NCBI GenBank assembly: GCA_030591685.1
Contig: JAUVAX010000002.1
Location: forward strand, 1-64,000
Direction: 5' to 3'
Source: Pseudobdellovibrionaceae bacterium
GTDB taxonomy: Bacteria; Bdellovibrionota; Bdellovibrionia; Bdellovibrionales; UBA1609
DNA length: 64,000 nucleotides
In this document: piece after piece, positions 50,864 through 60,099 of the stretch
How the letters are laid out: each line of letters begins with the position of its first letter
How positions within the stretch are numbered: position 1 is the first letter of the stretch
Notes under the pieces: model-generated
The model's input: the letters and a program-made list of their open reading frames with translations, nothing else
What the model was told of the DNA's origin: nothing
The model's database searches: none
Position numbers and translations under genes: made by a program

Positions 50864-53002
50864 GTGGAAAACAGTAACAAAAACATAAGGCTACATAATA
50901 AATTCTCGATTCGCTATAAATTTTTGGCGGTCACTACAATACTATTACTTTTAAGTGTCTCAGCTTATCTTTATGCCGTTGATGTTGTATTCACTGAAGA
51001 TAAAACACATTTAGTTTATGAGTATAACTTAGCAGCGGTAAAAAACATTTCAAGTGACCTTAATAAAACTTTAGAGAAAGTAGAAGACAAGTTAAGGCTT
51101 GTGTCATGGAGTTATGATCAAAGTGAAAATAAAAAGAAAGCCTTTATAAAACAAATACTAGAGGGTGATAAAAATATAATTATGCTCTCAGAGAGTATGA
51201 ACTATAAAACCATTACAAAAAATTTGTACACTAAAATTAATTACCTAAAAACATATGAGTTCACAAGTTCGAGTTTAGAAAAATCACTCAGTGAGCAACA
51301 GCCGGTACCCTTTGAAGAAATTAGGGTTAAAGGCACTTCCATATGGAATGCTTATGTAAAAAACGGCCCCCCCTTATTGGGGATGGCAAAAACAGTAGTG
51401 TTGCAGACACCCTCTGGAAAACCATATAAGCAGTTTGTTCTGATCGCTTATGTAAAGCTAGATAGCTTGCTAGGCTCTTTAAAGGAGCAGGATTTAGATG
51501 AAATTTTTGTTATTAATAGTTCGGGTGACATTTTACTTCATCCAAATTCAAAAATAATGATGTCAGAAAAAAGCATGCTCACTGATAAAATGGTTAAGCA
51601 GGCTTTGTCCAGTTCAGTACAGGCGAGTACTCTTAAGTTCACTGGTGCCGGTAAAAAAGATTCATTTTTAGGGGCCTTCGCTAAATCGTACAGCAGTAAG
51701 GCTGTTGTAATATCAAAGGTTTCATTAACTTCTGCCTTTGCCGTGGTGGATAGGTTTATATCAAGATCCTTGCTCTTTGCTATGATAGTTTTAACAATTA
51801 CATTTATTGCGGCCATACTTTTTTCGAGATCTTTAGTCAGGCCACTTGAGCACCTCACAGACGGCATGAAAAAGGTTTCACAAGGAGAGTGGGACACACA
51901 AATACACGTTACCACAAATGATGAAATTGAGGTTTTAGCCACCTCATTTAATTATATGATTAGGGACTTAAAAAGTTCAAGGCAACAGTTAATTGATATT
52001 AACCTGAACCTTGAAAACAAGGTCAAGGACAGAACCCTTCAGTTGGAAGAGCAAAACCAGGCCGTAAAACAAGCTCAAGAGGCTCTTCTTCGAACAACGC
52101 GCCTTGCTGCTGTTGGTGAAATTGCGGGTCAGGCCGCCCATGAAGTTTTGAACCCGTTGACGAGTATAATTTCACGGCTCCATAAAATTAGTGATAGGCA
52201 TGCCCATAAAACAGAAGATGAATTAGGTCTTTTAACAGATATAACTAAGTCGTGGGCTTCGGACTATAAAGAGGGAGGGTTTACAGGCCTTGTTACTGAA
52301 TGGGAGAGGCCCTCAAAAGTTCAGTCTTCAGAAAATTTATTCACAGAGGATATGAAGAACATCAATGAAGTTTCATTGAATATAATAAATCAAATTGAAA
52401 ACACAAATCAAGACACTCAATTTTTACTTAAAGAAAGTCAGAGGATAAATAAAATTATTCAAACCATGCGAAGTATGAATATGATCACTTCAGAGAAAAA
52501 ACAGATGAATATTCATGAGGTCATAAAAGATGGCGTTAATGTTATGGCTGATTTGGCAGACGAATTAAAAGTAGAAATAAAACTATTCGTTAATGCTGAA
52601 GATGACATGGTCTATGTTGATGGTGATGAGTTTCTTCAGGCTTTTACAAACCTACTTAGAAATTCAATTCAAGCCGTTCATACAAAAAGTAAAAAAACAA
52701 AAGACCCACATTTTTCACCTTGCGTGGTGATTACTACACTTAGTCAGGGTCATGAAATTGAAATTCAAATACAGGACAACGGAGTGGGTGTTTTAGAAAA
52801 AAACCAAGAAAAATTATTTAATACGCAGTTTACAACCAAGCCTAAATCAGAGGGTACAGGGTTAGGGTTAAGTATCAGCCGCCGATTTATTAGAGCTTTT
52901 GGGGGAGACATTTATTTATTAAACTCAGCACACGAAAAAGGGAGCACTTTTGTGATCACCTTGCCATTGTGTGAGGTCGAACATTCAGGGGTTAGCGCAT
53001 GA
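50864..53002 (+). CDS. Sensor histidine kinase (TM, Cache-like, TM, HAMP, HisKA, HATPase)
   Basis: Two TM helices, HAMP (RPL..DEIEVLA.SFN.M), H-box AHEVLNP, N-box NLLRNS, DNGVG and GTGLGL. Confidence 0.92.
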   Translation: MENSNKNIRLHNKFSIRYKFLAVTTILLLLSVSAYLYAVDVVFTEDKTHLVYEYNLAAVKNISSDLNKTLEKVEDKLRLVSWSYDQSENKKKAFIKQILEGDKNIIMLSESMNYKTITKNLYTKINYLKTYEFTSSSLEKSLSEQQPVPFEEIRVKGTSIWNAYVKNGPPLLGMAKTVVLQTPSGKPYKQFVLIAYVKLDSLLGSLKEQDLDEIFVINSSGDILLHPNSKIMMSEKSMLTDKMVKQALSSSVQASTLKFTGAGKKDSFLGAFAKSYSSKAVVISKVSLTSAFAVVDRFISRSLLFAMIVLTITFIAAILFSRSLVRPLEHLTDGMKKVSQGEWDTQIHVTTNDEIEVLATSFNYMIRDLKSSRQQLIDINLNLENKVKDRTLQLEEQNQAVKQAQEALLRTTRLAAVGEIAGQAAHEVLNPLTSIISRLHKISDRHAHKTEDELGLLTDITKSWASDYKEGGFTGLVTEWERPSKVQSSENLFTEDMKNINEVSLNIINQIENTNQDTQFLLKESQRINKIIQTMRSMNMITSEKKQMNIHEVIKDGVNVMADLADELKVEIKLFVNAEDDMVYVDGDEFLQAFTNLLRNSIQAVHTKSKKTKDPHFSPCVVITTLSQGHEIEIQIQDNGVGVLEKNQEKLFNTQFTTKPKSEGTGLGLSISRRFIRAFGGDIYLLNSAHEKGSTFVITLPLCEVEHSGVSA

Positions 53003-54264
53003 GTGTGGCCAAGAAAATTCAAACAGGCATTCAGCACGAAAGTGAGTTATGGAATCACCGTATACTTATTGTTGATGATGAAAAAGCTATTGCTGAGTCT
53101 TACAAAGACATTTTGTGCCCGGAGGATGATAACGTTATACCAATGAGTAGTCGTTCGAGCCGATCTAAAACTAAACCTCTAGACGTTGAACAATTAGGTT
53201 ATAAATTTAAACTTGTAGTGGTGTATTCAGCTGAAGAGGCCTTAAAGGCGGTAAAAAAATCAGTTTTAGAGGGAGCGCCATTTGCGATGGGCTTTTTTGA
53301 TGTTAAACTAGGCTCGGGCATTGATGGCGTAGAACTTGTTAAAGAAATCAGAAAATTAAGCCCAGATATGCTAACGGTCTTCGTCACAGCACATAACGAT
53401 AGGACCATTGAGAGTATTCAAAATATCTTAGGTAAAAATCATGCTAACAAATGGGATTATTTAAGCAAACCCTTTTCGAGGGGTGAAATCATTCAAAAGG
53501 CTCGAAATTTTACAAGCCTATGGAACCTAAACAAACAGCGTGAAATTCATGAGCAGCAAATACTAACCCTTAGTGATCGACTTCTCGGTATGGAGCGTAC
53601 AAATTCAGCCTCTGCCGTTGCGAGAGGTGTAGGTCATGAGTTCGGAAATATTTTAATGCAAATTATGGGTAAAGCTGAGCTGAGTTTAAATAAAAATGAA
53701 GAGGGGATGCGACTAGGGTTAGAAAAAGTGGTCGAGGCATCACAACGGGCCATGGAGATTTTGGATCGATTTAAAGACTTAACTGATCACGGAGATCTGG
53801 AGTTACAAAAGCAGTCCTGTTCCCTTAGAGAAATTATTCATGGAACATTGGATCTTATGGAGCATCAAATAAAAATTTCTGGGTTAAAGATAAATTTAAA
53901 CACAGACTCCGATTATGATGTTTGGGCCAATTCAACTTCACTTATGCAAGTATTAGTAAATTTAATAATTAATGCAAACCATGCTATGGGTAATGGGGGG
54001 CGGATAGATATTTGTATTTCATCAGAATCCGACGACGTAATTATGACCTTCAGAGACTACGGGCCAGGCATCGCAGATGAGTTACTGTACAAAGTGACAG
54101 AACCACTATTTTCAACAAAGGGTGAAAAGGGGACTGGCTTAGGTTTAGCTATATGTAAAGAAATCATTGAGATAGAGCATAGAGGATCGTTTAAGCTTAA
54201 AAACCACTCTAATGGTGGTCTTGTTGTTGAAGTTAAGTTGTCAAAATTATTGAGGGGGAGCTAA
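52999..54264 (+). CDS. Hybrid response regulator-histidine kinase
   Basis: REC (IVDDE, FFDVKLG, KPF), then GHEFGN, NLIINA, DYGPG and GTGLGL. Confidence 0.9.
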   Translation: MSVAKKIQTGIQHESELWNHRILIVDDEKAIAESYKDILCPEDDNVIPMSSRSSRSKTKPLDVEQLGYKFKLVVVYSAEEALKAVKKSVLEGAPFAMGFFDVKLGSGIDGVELVKEIRKLSPDMLTVFVTAHNDRTIESIQNILGKNHANKWDYLSKPFSRGEIIQKARNFTSLWNLNKQREIHEQQILTLSDRLLGMERTNSASAVARGVGHEFGNILMQIMGKAELSLNKNEEGMRLGLEKVVEASQRAMEILDRFKDLTDHGDLELQKQSCSLREIIHGTLDLMEHQIKISGLKINLNTDSDYDVWANSTSLMQVLVNLIINANHAMGNGGRIDICISSESDDVIMTFRDYGPGIADELLYKVTEPLFSTKGEKGTGLGLAICKEIIEIEHRGSFKLKNHSNGGLVVEVKLSKLLRGS

Positions 54265-54680
54265 TGAGTCAGGTGTACACTTTAAATATACTCGTTATAG
54301 ATGATGATGCCATGGTTCGTGAGATTGTAGTTGAATATTTAAAAAGCTTTGGCTTCGTTAATATTACTGAGTTCAGTGAGTCGCGCGAGGCGCTTAAAAT
54401 GATCCAAGACACAAATGTAAATATTGATTTAATTATTTCAGATTGGGAAATGCCTTCACCCAGTGGGGTTGAGCTTTTAAGTGCCGTTAAAAACAATCAG
54501 CAAAGGAAGGACGTTGATTTTATTATGATAACCAGTCAGAAATCTATGGAAAGGCTTAAGATTGCAAAAGCTGCATCCCTTGGGGTCAATGCTTATTTAG
54601 TGAAGCCATTTCGGTCGCAAATTTTAAAGGATAAAATTTGGCAAGTTCTTGGGTGGGACAATGATTCAAAGTCCGCTTAG
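54264..54680 (+). CDS. Single-domain CheY-like response regulator
   Basis: VIDDD, ISDWEMP, MITS and YLVKPF motifs. Confidence 0.9.
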   Translation: MSQVYTLNILVIDDDAMVREIVVEYLKSFGFVNITEFSESREALKMIQDTNVNIDLIISDWEMPSPSGVELLSAVKNNQQRKDVDFIMITSQKSMERLKIAKAASLGVNAYLVKPFRSQILKDKIWQVLGWDNDSKSA

Positions 54681-56232
54681 AGTCATTTTTTATATTTTTA
54701 ATTTTCTTATGTGCTCTCAAGCCTACGGAGCAACAGGTGTTATTGGCCCCCCCTTTGGTTCAAGTATTTCAAACTCAACTTTTATATATAACCGTGTTGA
54801 AAATAACCTTCACCCTCCCTTAAAGGTATTTAACTATGATAATGGGGCTGGTTTAGAGGAGTTTAATGTAGACATTGGCGATGGCACTCATGGAGTATTT
54901 GATGTGACCACATATGCTCAGTTTTCTGTAAATAACGATATTACCGGGCAAATTATTGTGATCGATACAGATGTGTACCCCGAATTAAAGTTCACAAATT
55001 TTATTTTATCGGCCGGCTGGAGTATTCAGCCTGTAGGGTCAAATCCCTTAATTATTAGAAGCCAGTCGGGTGTAGAGATTTTTGGTATTATCGATTGCTC
55101 TGGAGAAAGGGGGGGGGATTCAAACCCCTCTGACCTCGTTGAAACTATTGCCGGCCAAGGGCGCTGCTCTGGGCGCAGTGGGGGTAATGGTGGGACTCAA
55201 GCACAAGACGGCCAAGCGGGAGTGAATAGCGCAGGTATTGTGACTGGTGGTGGTGGAGCTACGGGTATTGATTCAGGCGGTGGCGGTGGCGGGGCTTTTA
55301 ATGGCTCCGGTCTTCCGGCTTTACCTGGAAATGGAGCTACAGCTGGTGCAGCTGGTGTTATTGATGGTACGGATTTAGACTTTACTAATCTCTTTGGTGC
55401 AAGTGGTGGTGGGGGCGGAAGTCGCGGGTCTGACAATACCAGTGGTGCTGCCGGAGGGGCCGGCGGTGGAGTTGTGCTCATAATAGCCAAAGGGGATGTC
55501 ACGATATATGCCACAGGGAGTGTTCTTTCAAGCGGTGGTGATGGTGGTGATCAATTGGCTTTATCAGACGGTGGCGGTGGTGGTGCTGGAGGCGGTGGAT
55601 CGATCGCTGTTTTTTCTGCCGGAAACGTAACTGTTGCGGGCAATATAAGTGCTGTCGCCGGAATCGGTGGATCAGGCGGGACAGGCGCTGAGGGCGGTAA
55701 CAGCGCAGAAGGTCGGACCTGGGTGACTGATTTTGACCAAGTCTTTGTCCCAGTAAATATCAATCCAGGAACGTTGCTAATAGACCGTGGTTTTATTAAA
55801 TACCAAACAGGTAATTTTGTTGTCGCATTTAACTCGATAGATACATTAACAACTGGGCCCACTTATCTTTCTCATACAATAAATAGAACAACACCTCCAG
55901 GGAGCTCTGACTTGTTGGAGTTTGTATTTGATACTGAGCCGAATATTGACCCCTCAGCCTCATGGGCTAACGCGAATACTTTTATAAATATTAAGCAAAA
56001 AAGATACCTCTACTCACAAGTCACAGTGACGAGTACTGATGTTTCCTTGCCTGTAATTTTAAATTCGGTAAGTGTTGTTTATGACCCTAACCAGGGGACA
56101 GATTTTGATTTGGTTTCAGCCTGCGGGGTAACAACATCTAGTGGTGGTGGCTCATCAGGGCTCCTACTGCTTCTGCCTATTTTTTGTTTAATGGTTTTTA
56201 GGGTTTACCAGTTCGCGCCAATAAATAACTGA
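54661..56232 (+). CDS. Glycine-rich exported protein with C-terminal GlyGly-CTERM-like anchor
   Basis: Signal peptide (..SQAYG), GGGGG-rich core with GGAGGGVVLIIA repeats, tail SACG..SSGGGSSGLLLLLPIFCLMVFR; ATG 54661 preferred. Confidence 0.75.
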   Translation: MIQSPLRVIFYIFNFLMCSQAYGATGVIGPPFGSSISNSTFIYNRVENNLHPPLKVFNYDNGAGLEEFNVDIGDGTHGVFDVTTYAQFSVNNDITGQIIVIDTDVYPELKFTNFILSAGWSIQPVGSNPLIIRSQSGVEIFGIIDCSGERGGDSNPSDLVETIAGQGRCSGRSGGNGGTQAQDGQAGVNSAGIVTGGGGATGIDSGGGGGGAFNGSGLPALPGNGATAGAAGVIDGTDLDFTNLFGASGGGGGSRGSDNTSGAAGGAGGGVVLIIAKGDVTIYATGSVLSSGGDGGDQLALSDGGGGGAGGGGSIAVFSAGNVTVAGNISAVAGIGGSGGTGAEGGNSAEGRTWVTDFDQVFVPVNINPGTLLIDRGFIKYQTGNFVVAFNSIDTLTTGPTYLSHTINRTTPPGSSDLLEFVFDTEPNIDPSASWANANTFINIKQKRYLYSQVTVTSTDVSLPVILNSVSVVYDPNQGTDFDLVSACGVTTSSGGGSSGLLLLLPIFCLMVFRVYQFAPINN

Positions 56233-58604
56233 AGTTGCAGGAGTGTGGCGTTATATTTTTTTTCAAACTCATATTTAACGTTCAGTGAAAGCCCATAGTT
56301 AAAATTTTTAAAACGTTTAGAAAACTTTCGTTTAATTGAATTTCGGCTTTCAACGGACCAGTATGTCCCATTCGTTGCGACGTTAAGGTCAAGAGCGACA
56401 TGGTCATTTAAAAAAAACCAAGTGAGCCCTGTGCCAAAAAGACGCTGAGGCTTAAGGGTTAGATTTTCGCCAGAGATTCGCACAACCTTATTCACTTGTT
56501 GAAAGCTACCATTTACTTTACTAGAGCGTAATAAACTATAGTTTCGCTCAAACTTAATGTTGTACCGTACGCTTGATATTTTCTTTTGAAAGGGCAAAAG
56601 CGAAGGGATATTAGCCTTCCAAGCATACGAGCTGGCCTCTAGAGAGTAAAAAATGGGCTTTTTATTAAAAAGTGTCGCGTACTGGGCCTTTAGAGAAAAA
56701 GTAGAAAGGCCCGAGAGGCTTGAGGTGAAATTTTCAGTGCCATTATTGATGGTTTTCTTCTCTATATTTTGAATGAATGAAAGCTCCCAAGGTTTTTTTA
56801 TAACAGGGATGGTCTTTAATACTTTAATGGGCTTGGCACTACCGAGGGTTTTAATGTCTTGTTTAAGCTTAATAGGAGGTAGGGGTTTCGGTGCTTTAGT
56901 AAATATTTTTTTGGTAACTGCTAAGGGTTTTTTGGCCTTAGGGGGCAATGTTTTGGCTAATTTAATGGCTGGAGTTTTTGTTTTTATGCGAGGTTTAACT
57001 TTTCGAGGTAATACGACACCTTTAGGAGGTAGTGACTGAGAGATCTTTTTTTTAGGCAGGTTTTTTTTTGTAACACTCTGCTTTAAGCCGACCCCGAGGC
57101 CTCCTGATAGGTTTTTTAAGTCCATTGTGTTGAACTCTTCAGATTTAGAAAACAAACCGAGTTGGGTTTCGCTTTGTCCGGCCACACGCCAATAATATTT
57201 ACCAGGTTTTGTGAGGGTCCATTCAAATTTATTTTCTGAAATATTTGTGCTTACCGTTGGGTTTGAAAAGCTCGCATTAGGGCTGACCTCAATGAGGTAT
57301 TCAGTGGCTCCCTTAACAGGGGACCACTTAAAAACTATTGTTTTACCCTCACTGGCCTGGGCCATTGGGGTGAACAGATGGAGCAGAAAATTAAAAAAAG
57401 AAGAGTCTTGGCTAGCGGGAGCTCTTAAGGACGGGCTATTAAGTCGAGGGGCCTCAAGGGCCTCTTGTAAGTAGTAAATTTCATTGTAATAGGGGGCTGG
57501 TGTAATATGATTGTTTTCATCGACAATACGAATGCGCCAAAACCCACGACCCCAAAAAGGTCTTTTAAGTTTCGCAAAGGGGTAGGCTGACTTTACAGAG
57601 GTCAGGTTTTCTTTGAATTCACGATCTGTTGATATTTCTAAAAGGTACGCCTTGGCGATATCGGCAGCAGACCAAGAGTATATGATTTCACTTTGCCCTA
57701 AATATCGATCTCTAGCTAAGGGGGAGAAGTACTGAATAAAAGGAGCCCTCATCACCTTAACAGTGAGGCTCTTTGAGACGGATTGGTTGTTCTCAAGACT
57801 AAATAAGTGCGTCCCAGGGTTTAGGTGAACATATTTTAAATTTTGACCAGCTGGCGGCTTTATAAATTTAACACCCCCCTTAGGGTCAACAACTCGAATG
57901 CGTTGGGCATTACCCCTCCATGTTAATTTATACTTTACAGGAAAGTGGTACTCATACACATGTTGTGGTGTTTGAGTAGACCAAGCGAGGGCATTAGAGA
58001 TTTTCATTTTCTCTGTAAGTTGATCGCGATTCACCGTAATTCGTTGATTTTTAAGTGCGGTGAGCGTTGAATGATTTTTTGTGTTTATAAGTTCTGCTGA
58101 CCCGTTATGAACCTCAAGTTCGAGTTGGTTGTTTTTTGCTCCTCTGATGTTAAGGTCTGTGCCGGGCTGCACTTTTACTCTCCATTCATTGTGAGCGAGG
58201 GTTAAGCTTTTATTTTTTGTATGCCCCCTTATAAACCCACGTCGGAATTTTAAAATAATTGAAGAGTCATCGTTGGCCCTTTCGGGCTCTATGATAATAA
58301 GTGTGTTCTCATGAAGGTTTATTGTGAGGTCATTATTGAGTTTTAAAATGGCAGAGCTTTCATCAAGGGTAATTAATGAATCGTAGGCGTAGAGTTTTTT
58401 GTGAAAGGTTGTGTCTTGCCATAAAATTGAGTTTTTATTTTTTTGCTTAACGTAATTTTGCTTATAAATAACTTTACCAATAACTTTTTGAGTATTTTTA
58501 TTTACTGACGTCGAGAGGAAAGGCAATACCTGTAAGTCAGCCAGTAAATACATGACTTGCGCAATGAGCAGTAAAATAGATCCAGATAACAATAAGCGTT
58601 CCAC
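56205..58604 (-). CDS. FecR-domain protein with FN3-like repeats, K/P-rich linker and beta-rich C-terminus
   Basis: N-terminal TM; LYAYDSLITLDESSA..LHENTLIII (FecR); YLLEIS.D.EF and YLIEVS...F..YYWRV FN3-like units. Confidence 0.75.
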   Translation of the reverse strand: MERLLLSGSILLLIAQVMYLLADLQVLPFLSTSVNKNTQKVIGKVIYKQNYVKQKNKNSILWQDTTFHKKLYAYDSLITLDESSAILKLNNDLTINLHENTLIIIEPERANDDSSIILKFRRGFIRGHTKNKSLTLAHNEWRVKVQPGTDLNIRGAKNNQLELEVHNGSAELINTKNHSTLTALKNQRITVNRDQLTEKMKISNALAWSTQTPQHVYEYHFPVKYKLTWRGNAQRIRVVDPKGGVKFIKPPAGQNLKYVHLNPGTHLFSLENNQSVSKSLTVKVMRAPFIQYFSPLARDRYLGQSEIIYSWSAADIAKAYLLEISTDREFKENLTSVKSAYPFAKLKRPFWGRGFWRIRIVDENNHITPAPYYNEIYYLQEALEAPRLNSPSLRAPASQDSSFFNFLLHLFTPMAQASEGKTIVFKWSPVKGATEYLIEVSPNASFSNPTVSTNISENKFEWTLTKPGKYYWRVAGQSETQLGLFSKSEEFNTMDLKNLSGGLGVGLKQSVTKKNLPKKKISQSLPPKGVVLPRKVKPRIKTKTPAIKLAKTLPPKAKKPLAVTKKIFTKAPKPLPPIKLKQDIKTLGSAKPIKVLKTIPVIKKPWELSFIQNIEKKTINNGTENFTSSLSGLSTFSLKAQYATLFNKKPIFYSLEASSYAWKANIPSLLPFQKKISSVRYNIKFERNYSLLRSSKVNGSFQQVNKVVRISGENLTLKPQRLFGTGLTWFFLNDHVALDLNVATNGTYWSVESRNSIKRKFSKRFKNFNYGLSLNVKYEFEKKYNATLLQLQLFIGANW

Positions 58605-58929
58605 ATATGATAAATCGGTATAAACCCTATGTTTATTAATACTTAGCCTATCTTCAGGACTATAGTTGAGTCGATGTGTTTAAAGTGAAATTTCTCTTAA
58701 AAAAGACGATGAGTACTTGTGTTTATAATAGGTCTGGTGGCGAATAAGCGATGCTCCCCCTAAGTCAAATCGAAAATAAATAGCAGTAGATGCAGAGTTA
58801 CGTATTTAAGTTTTTAAAGTGATGAGTTTTTTTGTTACTAATGAGTGACTCATCGTATTTACGCTGTGTAGGCCAAAGGTCTTGATGTTATTGAGAGGTG
58901 ATACCTCGGACCTTGAGATTTAAAAGGGG

Positions 58930-58958
58930 TTGTGAATGTACTTATTTATTCGTAGAAT
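58930..58958 (+). promoter_or_regulatory. Sigma70-type promoter, apparently leaderless
   Basis: TTGTGA-N17-TAGAAT ending 6 nt before ATG 58965; no SD sequence. Confidence 0.5.
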
Positions 58959-58964
58959 TAAACC

Positions 58965-59882
58965 ATGGGTGATAGCACTAAAAAAATACTAATTGTTGAA
59001 GATGATCCTTTGTCTATGGATGTTTTGGTGGAGGCCCTCCGCCGAGATAAATACCAAATTGAAACGGCATCTTCGGTAGATGAGGCCTACTCTAAGGTTA
59101 AGTTCTGGAAGCCTCATTTAGTATTGTCAGATCATGATATGCCAGGGACCTCGGGCATGGAGATGCTTAGAAAATTAAGAGAAAATAAATTTTACGTCAC
59201 TTTAGTTTTTGTGTCTGGTCGCAGTGATACAAAACTAGTTGTAGAAGCCCTCAAGGCTGGCGCTGATGATTATATTAAAAAGCCCTTTCGTGTGGAAGAG
59301 CTGTTGGCTCGAGTCGAGGCGAACTTAAGACACAACAAAGTTCACCAAGAGTTAATTGAGGCCAATAACAAGTTACAAGAACAAGTTGATATAGATCATT
59401 TAACCGGCCTTTATAATATGCGCTCAATGTATGACAAAATTGATTATGAATTAAAGAGGGCTAAGAGATATAAAAACAATGTGGCATGCGTGATGTTAGA
59501 TATGGATTTTTTTAAAACGGTCAATGATGATAACGACCACCTGTTCGGTAGTTTCGTCCTCAAAGAAGTAGGGCAAATAATATTAAGTAATATTCGAGAT
59601 ATTGATTTTGCTGCCCGGTATGGAGGGGATGAATTTTTAGTAGTCCTTGGCACAACCAATAAAGAAGGTGCCGGCGTGTTCTGCGAGCGAATGAGAAAAG
59701 TTATTGAAGACTATAATTTTGTAGATGGTGATAATCAAATTAAATTGACCGTAAGTTTGGGGTTTTCTGTTTCTGATTTCGGAAAAGTAGAGACGGCAAG
59801 AGAACTCGTGAGATCTGCTGATAAAGCATTATATTTAGCTAAAAGCAGGGGGCGTAATCAAGTAGCCCATATTGCAAATTAA
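58965..59882 (+). CDS. Response-regulator diguanylate cyclase (REC-GGDEF)
   Basis: REC (VEDD, SDHDMP, KPF), DHLTGLYN, RDID I-site and RYGGDEF. Confidence 0.93.
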   Translation: MGDSTKKILIVEDDPLSMDVLVEALRRDKYQIETASSVDEAYSKVKFWKPHLVLSDHDMPGTSGMEMLRKLRENKFYVTLVFVSGRSDTKLVVEALKAGADDYIKKPFRVEELLARVEANLRHNKVHQELIEANNKLQEQVDIDHLTGLYNMRSMYDKIDYELKRAKRYKNNVACVMLDMDFFKTVNDDNDHLFGSFVLKEVGQIILSNIRDIDFAARYGGDEFLVVLGTTNKEGAGVFCERMRKVIEDYNFVDGDNQIKLTVSLGFSVSDFGKVETARELVRSADKALYLAKSRGRNQVAHIAN

Positions 59883-60099
59883 ATTCACTTAAGCAAGTGA
59901 TCCTGATCTAAAAAAAACCATTGAGTCATTTTATGTTTAATCATTTGATCGAAGAAATCAATCAATTGTTTGATTTTACTAATAAATGTCCTATACTAAG
60001 TTGAAAAAACAATCATAAAGGGTGCGTTTAATAACAAACCTTAGTTTACGATTAAGATCAAATGAAAATGGTGTTTAGAGTTTACAGGAGGCAGAGAGA

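Noticed and set aside
55197..55862. Pro-rich antisense ORFs
   Set aside because: Shadow frames of the Gly-rich (GGN) coding strand
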